This document shows positions 9,593-23,790 of a stretch of DNA of 64,000 bases, piece after piece. The DNA lies in NCBI GenBank assembly GCA_964016885.1, contig OZ024746.1, positions 95,480,001 through 95,544,000 of the forward strand. The letters run 5' to 3'. Both the position numbers and the translations under genes were made by a program. This DNA comes from Eledone cirrhosa. Lineage: Eukaryota. How positions within the stretch are numbered: position 1 is the stretch's first letter; each line of letters starts with the position of its first letter. The notes beneath the pieces are model-generated. The model did no database searches, was not told the origin of the DNA, and saw only the letters and a list, made by a program, of their open reading frames with translations.

Positions 9593-12246
9593 TCCAACAT
9601 AATTTCATATAAGAATCCTATGTGAAGTTAGGCTTCAAACAGTATTGCAATAATTGTTTCTACTTTTGGCAGAAGGCCAGCAATTTCTGGTGTTTTATTT
9701 TATCGACCCTGTAAGGATGAGAAGCAAAGTTATCCTTGGCAGGATTTGAACTCAGATCGTAAAGGGCCGTAACTCTAGGCTGCAAATCATGGTGTCCGAC
9801 CCTCTACTAATACTGCCAATCCACCGCCCAGGGCAATTTTATATAATAGACCTAGGGGTGGTTTCAGGTGGCTTCATGTCAAAAGGGTTTAAAAAGATAA
9901 TAAAAAATATCTAAATATGATTTCATAACTAGTAAGCTACCGTCACTTGATACATAGGGACAGGAAGCTATATTTCCCAAGGGATCGCTTTAACAGTTGT
10001 ATCAAGAGGAAGAGAAAGATCAATAAAGACATGGAAAGAAGTGGTGAAAGCTCACCACAAGAAATTGAGTCACCCAAAGAGGATGACAAAGGAATGAAAC
10101 AAATAGAGAGATGCTGAGCTGGAGTGGACTCCTCTAACTCATAAATGTATGGGGAAAAACAGACATTAAAACAATGATGAAGATGATAAAAAATGAACAA
10201 AATAATTAACAGTGACTAATTCCTAGTCGATAATAATGATTTACAAATTAGGCACAAGAACAGTAAATCAACTAAATCAACCCCAGTAGTTTTCTGGTAC
10301 TTTATTTTATCAACTCTAGAAGGATGAAAAGCAAAGTTGACCTTGGTGGGATTTGAACTCAGAATGTAGAGAGTCAGAGTGAATACCATGACACATTCTA
10401 TCTGACATTGTAAAGAGTCTGCCAATTCAGCATCTTTTTCCTAGTCTATATAAATAAGAAGAGAAAAATGCTATTCATGGCCTATTTGGAAAAAGGGTCA
10501 TGGAATTGTAACGTGTCTAGACTTTCAGAAAAATTAGCAAAATTAAGTAGTTGCTGGCTAGGAATGTGAGACAATGTACAAACAACTGGTTGCTAATTGG
10601 TTGGTGATAATTTAATTAGCAACAAAAAATATTTCCACAAGATTGTGTTGTAGAACAAGATTGCAGGATAGTCAAGTCACTAAAATATTTATAACACCTT
10701 CAACTTTTTGATATCAAACTGCCTAAAACCACCCCTGTTTCCATGATAAAAAGCTATATGTAAAGTTGTCATGTAGGTGTCATGACAAAAAGCACCAAGC
10801 CAGTACTATAAACCATATTATTGAATATTCCTGCTATAGAATTCCAAAGTAATTATGTAAATTGAGGCTGACACCCTCCCCATTTACACAATCCAACACA
10901 GAGAAATATACACACACACAAACACATCATAATCATCATCACCACCACTGTTTAACATCCATTTTCCAGGCTCGCATGGGTTAGAAAGGTTGTCCTATTT
11001 GAGGCAAGTCGAGGTCAGATGACCATGTCTTGATCATACAGAACTGATTTTGGCTTGGTTTCTACAGTTGGATGCCCTTCTTAATGCCAACCACATTTAC
11101 AGTGAGTACTGGGTGCTTTTTGTCATGACACCTACACGACAACTTTACAGTGTGGGCTGGGTACTTTTTGTCGTGACACCTACATGACCACTTTATAGTA
11201 TGGGTTGGATGCTTTTTGTCGTGACACCTACATGACCACTTTATAGTATGGGTTGGATGCTTTTTGTCGGGACACCTACATGACCACTTTACAGTGTGGG
11301 CTGGGTACTTTTTGTTGTGTCGCCATTACGATCACTTTACAGTTTGGGGTGGGGGCTTTGGTGGGAAGGGTGTGTGGGGATTAGGGAGTTGGGTATATGG
11401 GTGTGTATGAGGGGTGGAGTGTTAGGACGAGGAAGGTGTATGGAGGGGGATGAAGGTGAGGGTGCATACCAGATGTATCCTTCAGCCTGTGCTTATGGGA
11501 AGGCAGGTTTTTCTGTATACATACAGATACACACACATGAACACACATATATACATAGATACTCACACACACAAAACATTACACCTTTATAAGTATGGAA
11601 ATACAGAAATAGAACAGCTTTTAAAAATGATATCAATAGTTCAGATTTATCCACCTAACAGTCAATTTGGCAGTCATGAGAGTGTAGGATATTTGTCCCA
11701 GATCTCTGCATTCTGAGTTCAAATTCAACCAAGATCAACTTTGTTTTTCATCTTATTGGAGTTGATAAAGAAAGTACCAGCCCTGTGCTGGTGCAGCCCC
11801 CTCTCTCTCCTTCCAGCTGGCACATCCTGGATGTTGTACTGGACCAAAAGAGGGAGAGTCAAGAGGGTATAATGTCTGCTCAAAACTGAGTCATCATCAT
11901 CACCGTTTAAATTCCATTCCTCCCCTCCACGCTAGCATGGGTGAGACGAGTTGCCCCATTGTGATACAAGTCAGGTCTGATGACCATCTCTTCTTCATAC
12001 AGGACTGGTTTTAGCTTGGTTTCTACAGCTGGATGCCCTTACCAAAACCAATTACAATTCCAGTAAAACACTAAGCAATAGTATCGTATATACTACCAAG
12101 TTATACTCAATTGTGAATGATGGTTGAAGTAACAATCTAGCAAAAGAAACTAAAACATTATATACTTAAATGAATAAACATTGTTGTCTCTGATCGAGAC
12201 GAAGCGAGAGTATAATTTGAATTTGTATAAAAATGAAAACTTATTG

Positions 12247-12512
12247 CTAGAACAGCCATTAAAACAACCAAATGTTGTCAATGACAGTGATGGGCAAATA
12301 TGCTTCAAAGAAAAGAGACCATCAGTCAGCAGAGAAACAATCCATGAGGTGGGTGGCAGATGAAATATAGAAAAGACTAAAAGAGGAGGAGTCTGCCACC
12401 CACCTCATGGATTGTCTCTCTCAGCTAACCACAGGTCACTGATCTCTGTCCTCAGGAATTTTTGCCCATCGCTGTCACTGACAACATTTAGCTGTTTTAA
12501 CGGCTGTTCTAG
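12247..12512. repeat. Imperfect fold-back inverted repeat
   Basis: ctagaacagcc...catgaggtgggtggcaga mirrored by tctgccacccacctcatg...ggctgttctag. Confidence 0.75.
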
Positions 12513-12792
12513 TGATGCGTTTTCTTATTTTTATATGAATTATATATTTGACTTGTATATTAATCAGTTTAAAACATTACATGATAATTAATAATAATTA
12601 ATTAACACAATTGAAGTAATTAGTACAAATAAATTAAACAGTTAAATGTTTTAAAGTTACGCAAAAAAATTCTAAAAACTTGTCAGTTATTGCTTAACAA
12701 ATCTCATAAAAAAAATTGATGTGGCTAATAATAATAATAATAATAATAAATTTATTTATGTAGAATATCTATGAATTATATTTCAACATTAA

Positions 12793-12998
12793 CTCTTAAC
12801 ATCCTGTAATAATTTAGCAGAAAATATCTAAAAATGGGTTTGTTAATTCCTGTTTATTGTATATTTACTAGTGGACAGCTCATTGTGAAAAATTATGGTA
12901 ACGACTTTCATTTTTAATATGAAGTAGTGATGATGCTAGTTTGTACTTTTCAAGAGTGTCTTGCTAATGTGGTCTCATGTGGTACAGGATGTTAAGAG
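12793..12998. mobile_element. TTAA-flanked MITE family 3; copies at ~86-295 and ~23320-23515
   Basis: TTAA|CTCTTAACATCCTGTA ... TACAGGATGTTAAGAG|TTAA. Confidence 0.8.
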
Positions 12999-13770
12999 TT
13001 AAAGAATAAAATAACCTAATTCAATCATTTCCCAAAAAAAAGAAGAAAAAATGGAGAAAATAGGACTGTAATAAAAAAAAAAACAAGAAAATAAAAAAAA
13101 GACATTTCACTTAAAATTTCAACAACAAAAGTGCTAAATGATTATAAATGTCAAGAGATATATTGTTGTTGTTGTAAAGATTGTATTAGTTGTAATATGT
13201 ATGTGTTATTGCACAAAATGTATTAGTTGTGATATACATATATTATCATCATCATTTAACATCCATTTTCCCTGCTAGCAAGTATTGGACAGGTCACCAC
13301 AGACCATATCAGTACTTAATCTTTTGGACGCTCCGGGCGCAGTAAGTCGCCAATAGAGTCATCTCCCCTTAATACATAATGCAGTGTCAAGGGAAGCAAT
13401 TCATAAAAATTTCTAGCGTCCTGAAGGCTAATAGGAGTTACTGATCTCTCAGATGAGCTTACATAGACTCACATACTTTACAGAGTACACTGGGTGCATT
13501 TTATTGTGGAAACACTAGGGAAATTGTCATGCCTTTCGCACAGCTGAAGAGTCTCAACCTTTTGTTTGGCAAGTTGTGTACAGTTGTGATATGACTGTGT
13601 TGTACAGAATCTGTTAGTAGTGATATATATATATATATATATATATATCATCATCACATACATATATATGTGTGTGTGTTATTGTTCTGTTAATTGTGAC
13701 ATATATGTATGTTGGTGTACAGAATGTATTAGTTGTGATGTGTGTGTGTGTTGTTATACAGAATGTGATA

Positions 13771-14856
13771 CACGGCTGTTTAGTTCTTTGAGGACACGTC
13801 TTTTAACAGCTCTAACTTGTTCTGATAAACATTTCTTTCCAGATATATGATAACAGACATAAAATTAACTCTTTCTGTAATGGCAGTTAAGGCAGATTCT
13901 TGCTGATCCAGTTGATCAGATCACACTGAAAGGCAGATCACACTGTAAAGGTAGATTGCCTTAAACCAGTAATGGGCAAACTGCAGCTGACAAGCTGCAT
14001 GCAACCCATTTGGCTTTCTGAATGGCACGCCTAATTTCAAAATTGCCTTGAATTTTTTAGTGTGGCCTGCCTTATGATGAGCCAGATCCTATGTGGCCCA
14101 CTGCTCGAAAAAGGTTGCCCATGCCTGCATTAAAGGCTAATCATTAAGAGCCAGGCATGAGAAAAGAGTCTGATGAGAAAAATGTTGATCTGGACCAAAA
14201 GGTCAACTGAAAAAATGACAGATGGTTATGCAGAAAGTCTAAAGACATTCCAGCAGTTTCCAGCAACTGTGATGGTTCTGGGAGTCAAGAGCAATGAAGA
14301 TGTCATGCCTCCTCACTTCTTTCTTTGGGGCTTAAAAGTCAATCCAACAGACTGTAAGAATGTGTTGGAGAGGGTTGTGAGACCTTGAATAGAGAGAGTG
14401 AACAAAGGAAGACTGTACACCCAGTGACAAGAGACTGTTCCATCTCATAAGATCAAGATGACACAAGAATAGATAAGTTGCAATCTCCATGATCGTGTCA
14501 CCCCAAACATATGGCCTTCTAGCTCTCCAGACCTGTATCGGTTGGACTACTGCATATGGATCATAGTGAAGAGAGAAGTCAATCAATGCCTCCATAACAC
14601 TTTAAAATCTCTGAAGCCCACCATAACTAGCACAATGTTAAAAATAGATAAACATCATCTGATTCAAGCATGTCAACAATTCAGGCCTTGTATTGAAGCA
14701 GTCATCGATACTAACAGCTGATTCATTGAGTAGATGTGTCAAGAAGTGTCTCAAGATTATTCATGCCAATATTTTCTCAAATAAAGCTCTACTTTCTTGA
14801 CTTATGCGTATTTTACTAAATTCTTACACATGTCCTCAAAGAACTGAGCAACCCTG
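13771..14856 (+). mobile_element. Degenerate Tc1/mariner (maT/DD37D-like) transposon with a nested hAT-like MITE (~13967-14128)
   Basis: TA-flanked TIRs of about 28 bp; transposase remnants FPATVMVLGV.SNE.DVMPPHFF and WPSSSPDL..LDY.IW with stops and frameshifts. Confidence 0.85.
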
Positions 14857-15855
14857 TATATATGTGTTGTTGTATAGAATATGTTAGTTGTAATATCTTT
14901 CTCTTCTTGTGACTTGTTTCTAGTATTTTATGTAGTTATTTAATGATTCCTACATAAGCTAAAGGAACATGGAGTACTGAAGCTGAAATAGGTTCCGAGT
15001 GAGTAGGGTGTCAGATTCACAAACATAGGGTTATGGGTTTCATTCTCAGACCAGATGGCAAGACACTTCTTTTTCACACTGCTTCAGTCTACTCTAAAAA
15101 AACTAAACACATACTAGCAGCAGCTGCGAGTTAACTCCGTGATGGACTGGTGTCCCATCCAGGAGGAATTCCTATACAATCTATACGTTTCAGAACCTGC
15201 ACTTAGACTAGGTCCTAATACTTGGTGGTTTTTCTCTCTAAAAGTATCATCATCTTCTTTGCCCACTATTTGATTCTTGAAGAAGCATTGTCTACACACA
15301 GCTGGAAAAAATGATTTCATCATCATCGTCGTCGTTTTTACATCCGCTTTTCCATGCTTGCATGGGTTGGATGGGTCCTTCTCAGCATGGCATCTCTCCA
15401 CATATTGCAATCCTTTATCATCGCCTCTGTGAGTTTCAGTTATTTGAGGTCAACTCTCACAACCTCTCCCCAGGTCTTTCTTGGTCTACCTCTACCGCAA
15501 CTTCCTTTCACTGACATTTCCTGGCACTTCTTCACCCTGGAATTCAAAGGGCCAGCGTATGCATGTTGCATAACAATTAACCATTTAGCCTGACTTAGTG
15601 GTTAGGGTGTTTGACTCACTGACACACCGTAGGAAGTCTGATTCCTGATGATGCCTTGTCTACACTAAGCTGTGAAAAAATGATTTGTATCTGTAATTCG
15701 CAAAGAGCCAGCCTTGTCATACATTATATCATGCTAAATCTTCCTGAGAATCATGTTATGGGTGCACGTGTCTGTTCAGACAGTTGTTACGTTCATTTCA
15801 TGAGCAGGCTGTTCTGTTGATCAAACAACTAGAATACATGGAAATAAAACACGCA

Positions 15856-15891
<36 letters not shown>

Positions 15892-16764
15892 TTAAATTAT
15901 GTATGTGAATTCTTAGGTTATACAAATAGATACCCTTCAATATTCATAAACACTTACATAATTATATTGATCTCGAAGGAGGTTTCCAGAATAAGAAAAT
16001 GCACAGAAACAATTGTAAAGTATTTAATATAACTTGCTGCTTGAAAACATTAGCGTTTTGTTAATTATACACACACACACACACACACATCAAAGTTTTT
16101 GGTGTGGACTGCAGTGGTGATATAAGTATAGCTGAGATTTCTAAAGATATTAGTATCTTTTCCGTGTTTGGATTTTGTGAGGTAATTGTTAACCTTCAGC
16201 ATGCTGTTGGCGACAAATTACAATAGAGTAATCTCCCCTTAATACATAATGTCAAGGGAAGCAATTCATTAAAAAAATTCTGCGTGTTAAAGGTTAAGTT
16301 AGCTATTTTGGTATCAATGGTTATTTTATATTTGACATGAGGAAATGAGAGGTGACAATGATGATTTTAAGATGGTCTGGTATGTAATAGTATTATTGAT
16401 AATGCTAAATGTAGGCCTCAGCTTTACTATTGATTCAACGTATATTAACTGTTGCAACTTGAAATAGGTCATACTGTAGTTACAAATTTCACCTCTCACA
16501 ATTTATGGGTCTTTAATCTGTTTAAACAGTTATGAACAGGTAATAAAAGTGCAACCAGATAAGTGTTCTTCTTTCCAAGTTAAATATATGAAGCTTAAAA
16601 GTGATGATGATAATAATAATAATAACAATAATAAAAGTTAATAACTCATTTATCTCAAAGACAAACAATCTAGATACACAAACTAATATTGATTAAAGTA
16701 TTGAAAAGACATAGCCTTCTACCACAAAAGAGAAATACAAATAATAATAATAATGATGATGATG

Positions 16765-16803
<39 letters not shown>

Positions 16804-17193
16804 GATGATAAGGAAACAAATAATTCTATCTTCTAGACAGGAAAAGCATTATAAAAAAAAAAAAAAATATTACTGGTGTCAAAAATGCAAAAATACATGA
16901 ACTTGGACATTTAATGAAATTATGAAAGAAAAGGAAAGAAAAAGAAGAAATTGGAGGTGGGAGGAAAGAAAGAAAAACCAACGGAATACTGTGCTACACA
17001 ATTAAACACACAAAGGAGGAAATTAGGGAGGAAAATATATCCCAATATATATGTGTATATATATATGTATATATATAACAAAGATGTCACACCAAATCAG
17101 CTTTCTAAAATTAAGTTTTAAATGCAACAGCCAAATCATTACAAACTACCTTTGATAAATAAAGGCTTACAATCATCTATTGTTAGAGCTTAC

Positions 17194-17244
17194 CAATGCG
17201 TCTTTTGCTGCGGACACTCCAGCCGCCAGGTCATAGCTATAGAC
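17194..17244 (-). CDS. WDR7: Candidate 51-nt in-frame cassette microexon of WDR7, VYSYDLAAGVSAAKDAL
   Basis: tttgaag acceptor, GTAAGC donor, phase 0-0 like the host intron, no stop codon. GC-rich unique island preceded by a long pyrimidine tract. No homology support recalled. Confidence 0.5.
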
Positions 17245-17448
17245 CTTCAAAGATTTGATATAGACAACAGCATTAAGAACATTACAAAAGCCTTCGAAAA
17301 TTAAGCAAGTGAATGAGATAAATCAGAAAGAGAAAAGAGAAAAAGAGAAACAGTACATGAATTGTTAAGTTAGCATATAATTTAAAAAAAAAAAAAATAT
17401 ATATATACAGCTATGTCTATGATGTATACACACACACACACAGATATA

Positions 17449-17488
<40 letters not shown>

Positions 17489-17510
17489 CGTATTTATATG
17501 TGTGTGTATG

Positions 17511-17607
<97 letters not shown>

Positions 17608-17695
17608 AGACTAACATAAAAATGTTAAATAATGATATAATGGATATATGATATATAATAGACATATATCATCCCCATTAAGCGATGATGATGAC

Positions 17696-17771
<76 letters not shown>

Positions 17772-17853
17772 ATAAATGTGAAGACTAAAATCCGAAGACT
17801 CAATAAGGATTATATATATATATATATATAAACCTGACGAAGAGCAAATATCT

Positions 17854-17975
17854 ATTATAAGAACAGATTAAAGCTTAAGCAAAGAATTGCTTTCACCCTT
17901 AACAGGATCTTCTGAAGATCCCATTAAGGGTAAAAGCACCGATTCTTTGCTTAAACTTTAATCTGTTCTTATAAT
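17854..17975. repeat. Fold-back hairpin turning at a CTGAAGA hammerhead-like box
   Basis: Arms attataagaacagattaaag.ttaagcaaagaat and its reverse complement; centre ggatcttc-t-gaagatcc; lies between TA/CA microsatellites. Confidence 0.65.
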
Positions 17976-20900
17976 TTATACACACACATATATATATATA
18001 CACACACACACAAACATATATGTATACTATCATCATCCTTATATAATATGTATAAAGAAATAATATATAAAAATGTATTATATATATATTAGGATATATA
18101 TATGGAGGCACATGGCTTAGTGGTTAGAGCATTGGCCTTGCAATCGAAAGGTTGTGAGTTCAACGGAAAAAAAGCACGCAGCACCCACTGTAAATGAGGT
18201 TGGTGTTAGGAAGAGCATCCAGCTGTAGAAATCAAGCCAGAATCAGTTCCCGTCCCACCCTTGCAAGCAGGGAAAAGTGGACGTAAAATGAAATGATGAT
18301 GATATATATATATGTAACAGTATAACATAATATGCAATATATATATTATATAACGTGTAATATATACACATACTTATAGACATATATACATATATATACA
18401 TACACACACACAAATTATATATAATGCTACGTGGAAAATGGACGTTAAACGAAGATGATGATGATGATGATGATATATATATATATACATACACACACAA
18501 ACATGGTTTATATGAGTATATTTAAGGTTCATTATTGCCATTTATTTAATAGAGAAATTGGTCATAGTCCCCAACAAATTTCTTATTAGTTGTTGAGCAC
18601 TCTCAATGAATAAATGGCTTGCTTAGATGAATTAAGATGTACCTTGTGAGATTTCCGTTTCTAGCTATCATGAATATAATATAATATATATGTATATATA
18701 TGGTAAATCAAATGAAAGTTAGACATGAGAGGTTAACAAGACCTAGTCTGGCCATTTTTGTTACTATGTCACTGTTCACCATTGCTCCTCTTCAATTTTG
18801 CTGTAAAACTCCTTATGAAAAGATTGGACATTGAATATTATTATTCAATGATCTGGTTTTTATTATAGAGTCTAGACAGAAGCCGTTTCTGTTTTAGAAT
18901 AGGTACACCATATCCTTGCATGTCGAAGAGGTGACTAGAATGGTTGGCAACAGGAAGGGCATCTAGCTGTAAAATATAGCCTTAACCCTTTAGCATATAC
19001 ATTACTCTATATATACTATTATATTTTAATGATAGAGACTTTACCTCACATAATATCGAATCCATGAGATTTTGATATTTATTTTGATAACCATACCTTA
19101 ACATTAGTACGAGCAACTGGTTACAGCTGGTTTGAACAGAATGAGTTGATAGAATTATGGCCAGATATGGCCAGTTTCAATGCTAAAGGGTTAGCTAGGA
19201 TACTATGCCATGAAGAGCATAAAGATAATCCCTGATTTTATTGGCAAAAATGGCCTGAAAATGCCTGCTCTAGTCTAGTCAGATTCTGGGAAGATATGAA
19301 ATTATATGTTGCTAGCAAATATACTTTTATTGCACTAATTTCTTTTTGAAAGTTTAATCCCTTTCATTATCATATTTCTATTGAAAGACACTGATTAAAA
19401 TCTTTAAATCATGTTGAAAACAATCTAGAAGTTAAAGAGATTTAATAAAATAGCTAACTTTCTCATTATTAAGTTGGAATTTGGAGAATAACATCAGAAA
19501 GTTTCTTGCATAAAATTATGAAGGATAAATAAATATAAACATTTTAAAAGAAACAGTTTTGAAATATAAAACCAGGAGCAATTTCAGGCACTTTTATTAA
19601 AAGGGTTAAATCATTCAATTCTAGTCAAGCTTGAACTATTCCTTGATAAAGTTGATGTTAATAGGTGGTTTAATATCAAAAGGGTCAACAAAGGTTCTTA
19701 CATACAATTATGATGAAAGGTTTTTAAATAAATACAAATACTTTAAGATAAACAAGTTTTTATCATAAAACCAGGGTCAGTTTTAGGCTGATCTTCTGTC
19801 ATCTAGATATTTACTGTCGATAGATGTTCACCCATCGAGACAGTTAATGTTCACAGATGTGCAGTCATCTAGATAATGTTGAAAGATTTTCAGTCATCAA
19901 ATGAGTTAATGTTGACAGATGTGCTGTCATCTAGACACTTATTGTTGACAGATGTTCAGTCATCTAGAGAGTTAATAATGACATATGTTCTGTCATCTAG
20001 ATAATGTTGATAGATGTTCAGTAATCTAGATATTTGTTGTTGACAGATGTACAGTCATCTAGACAGATGTGCAATTACCAGTATCATAATCATCATTTTA
20101 TGTCTGCTTTACCATACTGACATGGATTGGACAGGTTGTTGCAAACTATGTCAGAACTTAATCAGACCAACAGCCCTCCACCCTTCGAAAGGTCTGGGGA
20201 CCATGTCTCACATACACTCCAATTTTGAGGCATAGTTTCTACAGCTGTATGCTCTTCCTAATGCTAACAATTTTACAGTGTACTGAGCGCATTTTACCAT
20301 GACACTAGCACTAGAGTGGTTGTCATGTCCATCACATGACTGAAGAATCCTCTCAACCATTTCTGGCATGAGTTGTATAGCTAACTTTACAGTGTACTGA
20401 GAGCATTTTATCATGTAAGAAGCACTAAAGAGGTTCTTGTGTCTGTGACATTACTGTACAGTCTTCTCAACCCTTTGGAGTGGTGGTGGTGTTGTGGGGG
20501 TGGGGGGCATGGTTTCAATGTCTAGATGTGCTTCCTAATGTTAATCACTGACTGTCAGCTTGAAAAATATCAATACTACAGACACAAAATCCATGGAAAG
20601 TAATAATGAATCACTGAGAATACATGTTCATTCTCAATTTCAGAAGTTAATTAGTGTTTGAACAGAGCTAGTTCTAGTATAATATCTACATGATGTCATA
20701 TTGAACAATCTTCAGGAGCTATTGCTTTATTAACATTAAGGATTTTCTGTAGGTGCATGAAGCTTAAGGTTCTATAATGCAAATGTGTGATGTTATATTG
20801 ATGAGAAACATATAAAGCAAAAGCCGATTTGTAGTGATCAGGAATCAGAGGGCTACATACAAAGTAAGTTCAAATATATTTCAATTGTATTTTCAAATCT

Positions 20901-21024
20901 TTCTGCATATTCTGTGTTATGAAAGCCTTTATGGTGAATTTGAGATAAACTACATGAATCTTACAACTGAATGTGTCACAGAGACACTTCTTAAAAACCT
21001 TGTCCTTATACATTGTAACTAGAG

Positions 21025-21316
21025 CAGAGGTCCCCAACCGTGGATCATTTGCTATCCAGTCACAAAGCAATAATTAACTTGTTTAAAATTATATAATAGA
21101 TAAATTGAATATTGGACTTTAATTTAAAAAGATTTGTTTAAATATTCAATATACATCAACTCAATACACTTTTTTTTCCTTTAATAAATTACCCTTTTTA
21201 TTATTGCTCTCTTTATTGAAATACACTTAAATAACACATATACGCAACTACTGGTCCATGGAAAGATTGTCCGGCATGAAGCCAGTCCATGGTATAAAAA
21301 AGGTTGGAGACCACTG
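21025..21316. mobile_element. hAT-like MITE
   Basis: Perfect 8-bp TSD AACTAGAG; TIRs CAGAGGTCCCCAACC/GGTTGGAGACCACTG. Confidence 0.85.
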
Positions 21317-21764
21317 AACTAGAGAATGAAAGTCAACAGGATCCCAATCACATGATAAGCAAGATTCATGGGATGAGTTTAATACTATAAGTAAAGGAAA
21401 CATTTGTAAATTAGACAGTACTCAGTGAGATGCACTGTACCAATAAAGGGTTATGAAGCAATGGATCTTCAGGTTGGAAGTCTGATATTTTAACAACTTT
21501 CAGCTTCAATTCTTATTTTTTAAAAAAAGGCAGTGTAAACTATATCTGAAAACAATTGATATATCTAAAATAAGCAACAAATATATCGAAGTTATGTATA
21601 TAAAAGGAAAATAGTCAATCATCAGATCAAACCAAAGAGACAATGTTTCCATTGGTCTTTCCATTGCTGATACTATCAGCCAGTTACAACTCCTGGTAGA
21701 AGCAAGTGGCATTTGAATTGACAACACACAGACCGAAGGGTCTTTGGAGTAACATTACTCGATA

Positions 21765-22090
21765 GAGTGTGTAGATTGGAGATCAGAGAGTTACTCCAGG
21801 TAGAGCTGCTACTTCTCTGAATTGAGAGATCACAGTTCCGATACTATGGGCATGTGGTTAGAATGTCTAAGGAAAGAGTTGCTGGACAGATTTTACAGGC
21901 AAAACCAACCAGCAGGGGACCCAGGAGCAGACACCAAGCAAGATGGTTGGATCCATGAGCTTGGCTTGTCATGCTTGGGGATCCAGCCGGACCAGTTGGA
22001 GATGGTTGCTTCTGACAGGACTCGCTGGAGGGAGTGTTTGAGGACTCTGCCCTCACGACCCTCTCAGGAATAAGTGGGCGAAGAAGAAGA
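21765..22090 (+). mobile_element. RTE (Expander-like) LINE 3' fragment with GAA tail
   Basis: IQPDQLEMVASDRTRWRECLRTLPSRPSQE followed by a stop. Confidence 0.85.
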
Positions 22091-22523
22091 ACACACAGAA
22101 CAAAGCAGATGTCAGAATCTGATGAATATAAAGAAAGCCTATAAACTGATAGATCATAGCAGGGACATATTTGATTAAAAATATACTTATTGCAGGGTAG
22201 AGAGAAGAGATGTCATTAAATTGATCTATGACTAGAGTATATAGATATTGTCGGTTATGTAGAACCTCTTAAGTACAGGAAAATGGACATTATTAAACTA
22301 CAGTGTTACCACAAAAACACTCCGAGCTTGATTATTGCATTAATGTTTGCCGAACAACAAAAGGGGGCACACATCAAATATCACCAATATCATGTGAAAC
22401 TTTGTTAGTTTATGCAACTGTAGCCACCCACACCTTAAGAATATTCATTTAAGTTTTCATATTATAAGTATTTGAAATCAATGCTGTTTTTTGTGGTCCT
22501 GTATTTATAACGACTATTGATAT

Positions 22524-22735
22524 ACAGGGTGGGCCGTAGATCACACACCAAAGCTTTAAAAACAATTTAGTATACATATTACATTGCATTGTATGAATAA
22601 CAAAAATTATATTGAAATAACAAAGATATCATTTTCATCATCCTATCATCTGTAATTTTAAGGTACTGATTGAGTTCAATGGTTGACATTTTGCATGACA
22701 GCTCTCGCTTTTGGTGCGCGACTTAAGGCCCACTC
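22524..22735. mobile_element. Tc1/mariner-like MITE
   Basis: TA-CAGGGTGGGCC.TA..TC.CACACCAAA at the left, degenerate reverse complement at the right. Confidence 0.55.
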
Positions 22736-23569
22736 ATCATCATCATCACTGTTTTACGTCCGTTCTTCCATGCTAGCATGGGTTAGACGGGTTGTCCTGT
22801 TGTGGGCAGTGTCTGGTCGGCTGACCATGCCTTGCTCATACAGGAACTGATTTTGGCTTGATTTCTACAGCTGGATGCCCTAACCCTAACACCAACCTCA
22901 TTTACAGTGAGTGCTGGGTGCTTTTTTCCGTGGCGCCTACACGTCCACTTTACAGTGTGGGCTGGGTGCTTTTTTGCCGTGGCACCTCCACGACCACTTT
23001 GCAGTGGGAGGGTGTGGGGGCATATTGTCTATATGCTTCAGCTTGTACCCATGGGAGGTCGGGTACTCTGTATTACTGCGCGACGCCAGAGGTCACGGTC
23101 GTGTGTCATCGCCTTTGAGAGGTGCAACTGGGTAAGGTCGGCCCCTATCACCTCATCCCAGGTCTTCTTGGGTCTCCCCACTCCGCAACTTCCATTGACT
23201 TCTAGTGATCTGCACCTTTTTATACTCTGTATAACAACTATCAATAACTACAGTAATGATTAATAGGGTATCTTTGTTAGTGTATCCTTATTCAACAAAA
23301 CTATTTGAACAAAGATTAACTCTTAACATCATGTGCCACATGAAACCACATTAGCAAGACCTTCTTGAAAAGTATAAAACAGCACTGTGACTATATCACA
23401 TTAAAAATTAGTCTTCATTTCCATATTGCAAATTTTGACAAGGATACAATAAATGTATGAATTAACAAACCCATTTTTAGATATTTTCTGCAAAATCATT
23501 ACAGGATGTTAAGAGTTAATGTGGAAATATAATTCATAGATATTCTACAGTAAATACATTATTTGATTA

Positions 23570-23790
23570 TATTATTATTGCTTCTTCACTCAGATTCTAA
23601 CGCTGAAGATGTATTACAGTGTTAGCTGTTCACTACCAGTGAACTGAGGTAACTATTTTTTCAAGAACCCTCCGGGGTATTTGAGCTGTTCCAAGCAATG
23701 CTGTTTTTTGTAAGTGTTCCATCCATATTGCAATCCCTATTTGTTTAACGTACTTCTCAAGATCTTTACTCACCGTTCCCAAGACTCCAG
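23570..23790 (-). mobile_element. R4/Dong-like (RLE-bearing) non-LTR element 3' end
   Basis: LGTVSKDLEKYVKQIGI...EHLQKTALLGTAQI.RRVLE, a typical R4-clade C-terminus, ending in TAA repeats. Confidence 0.75.
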
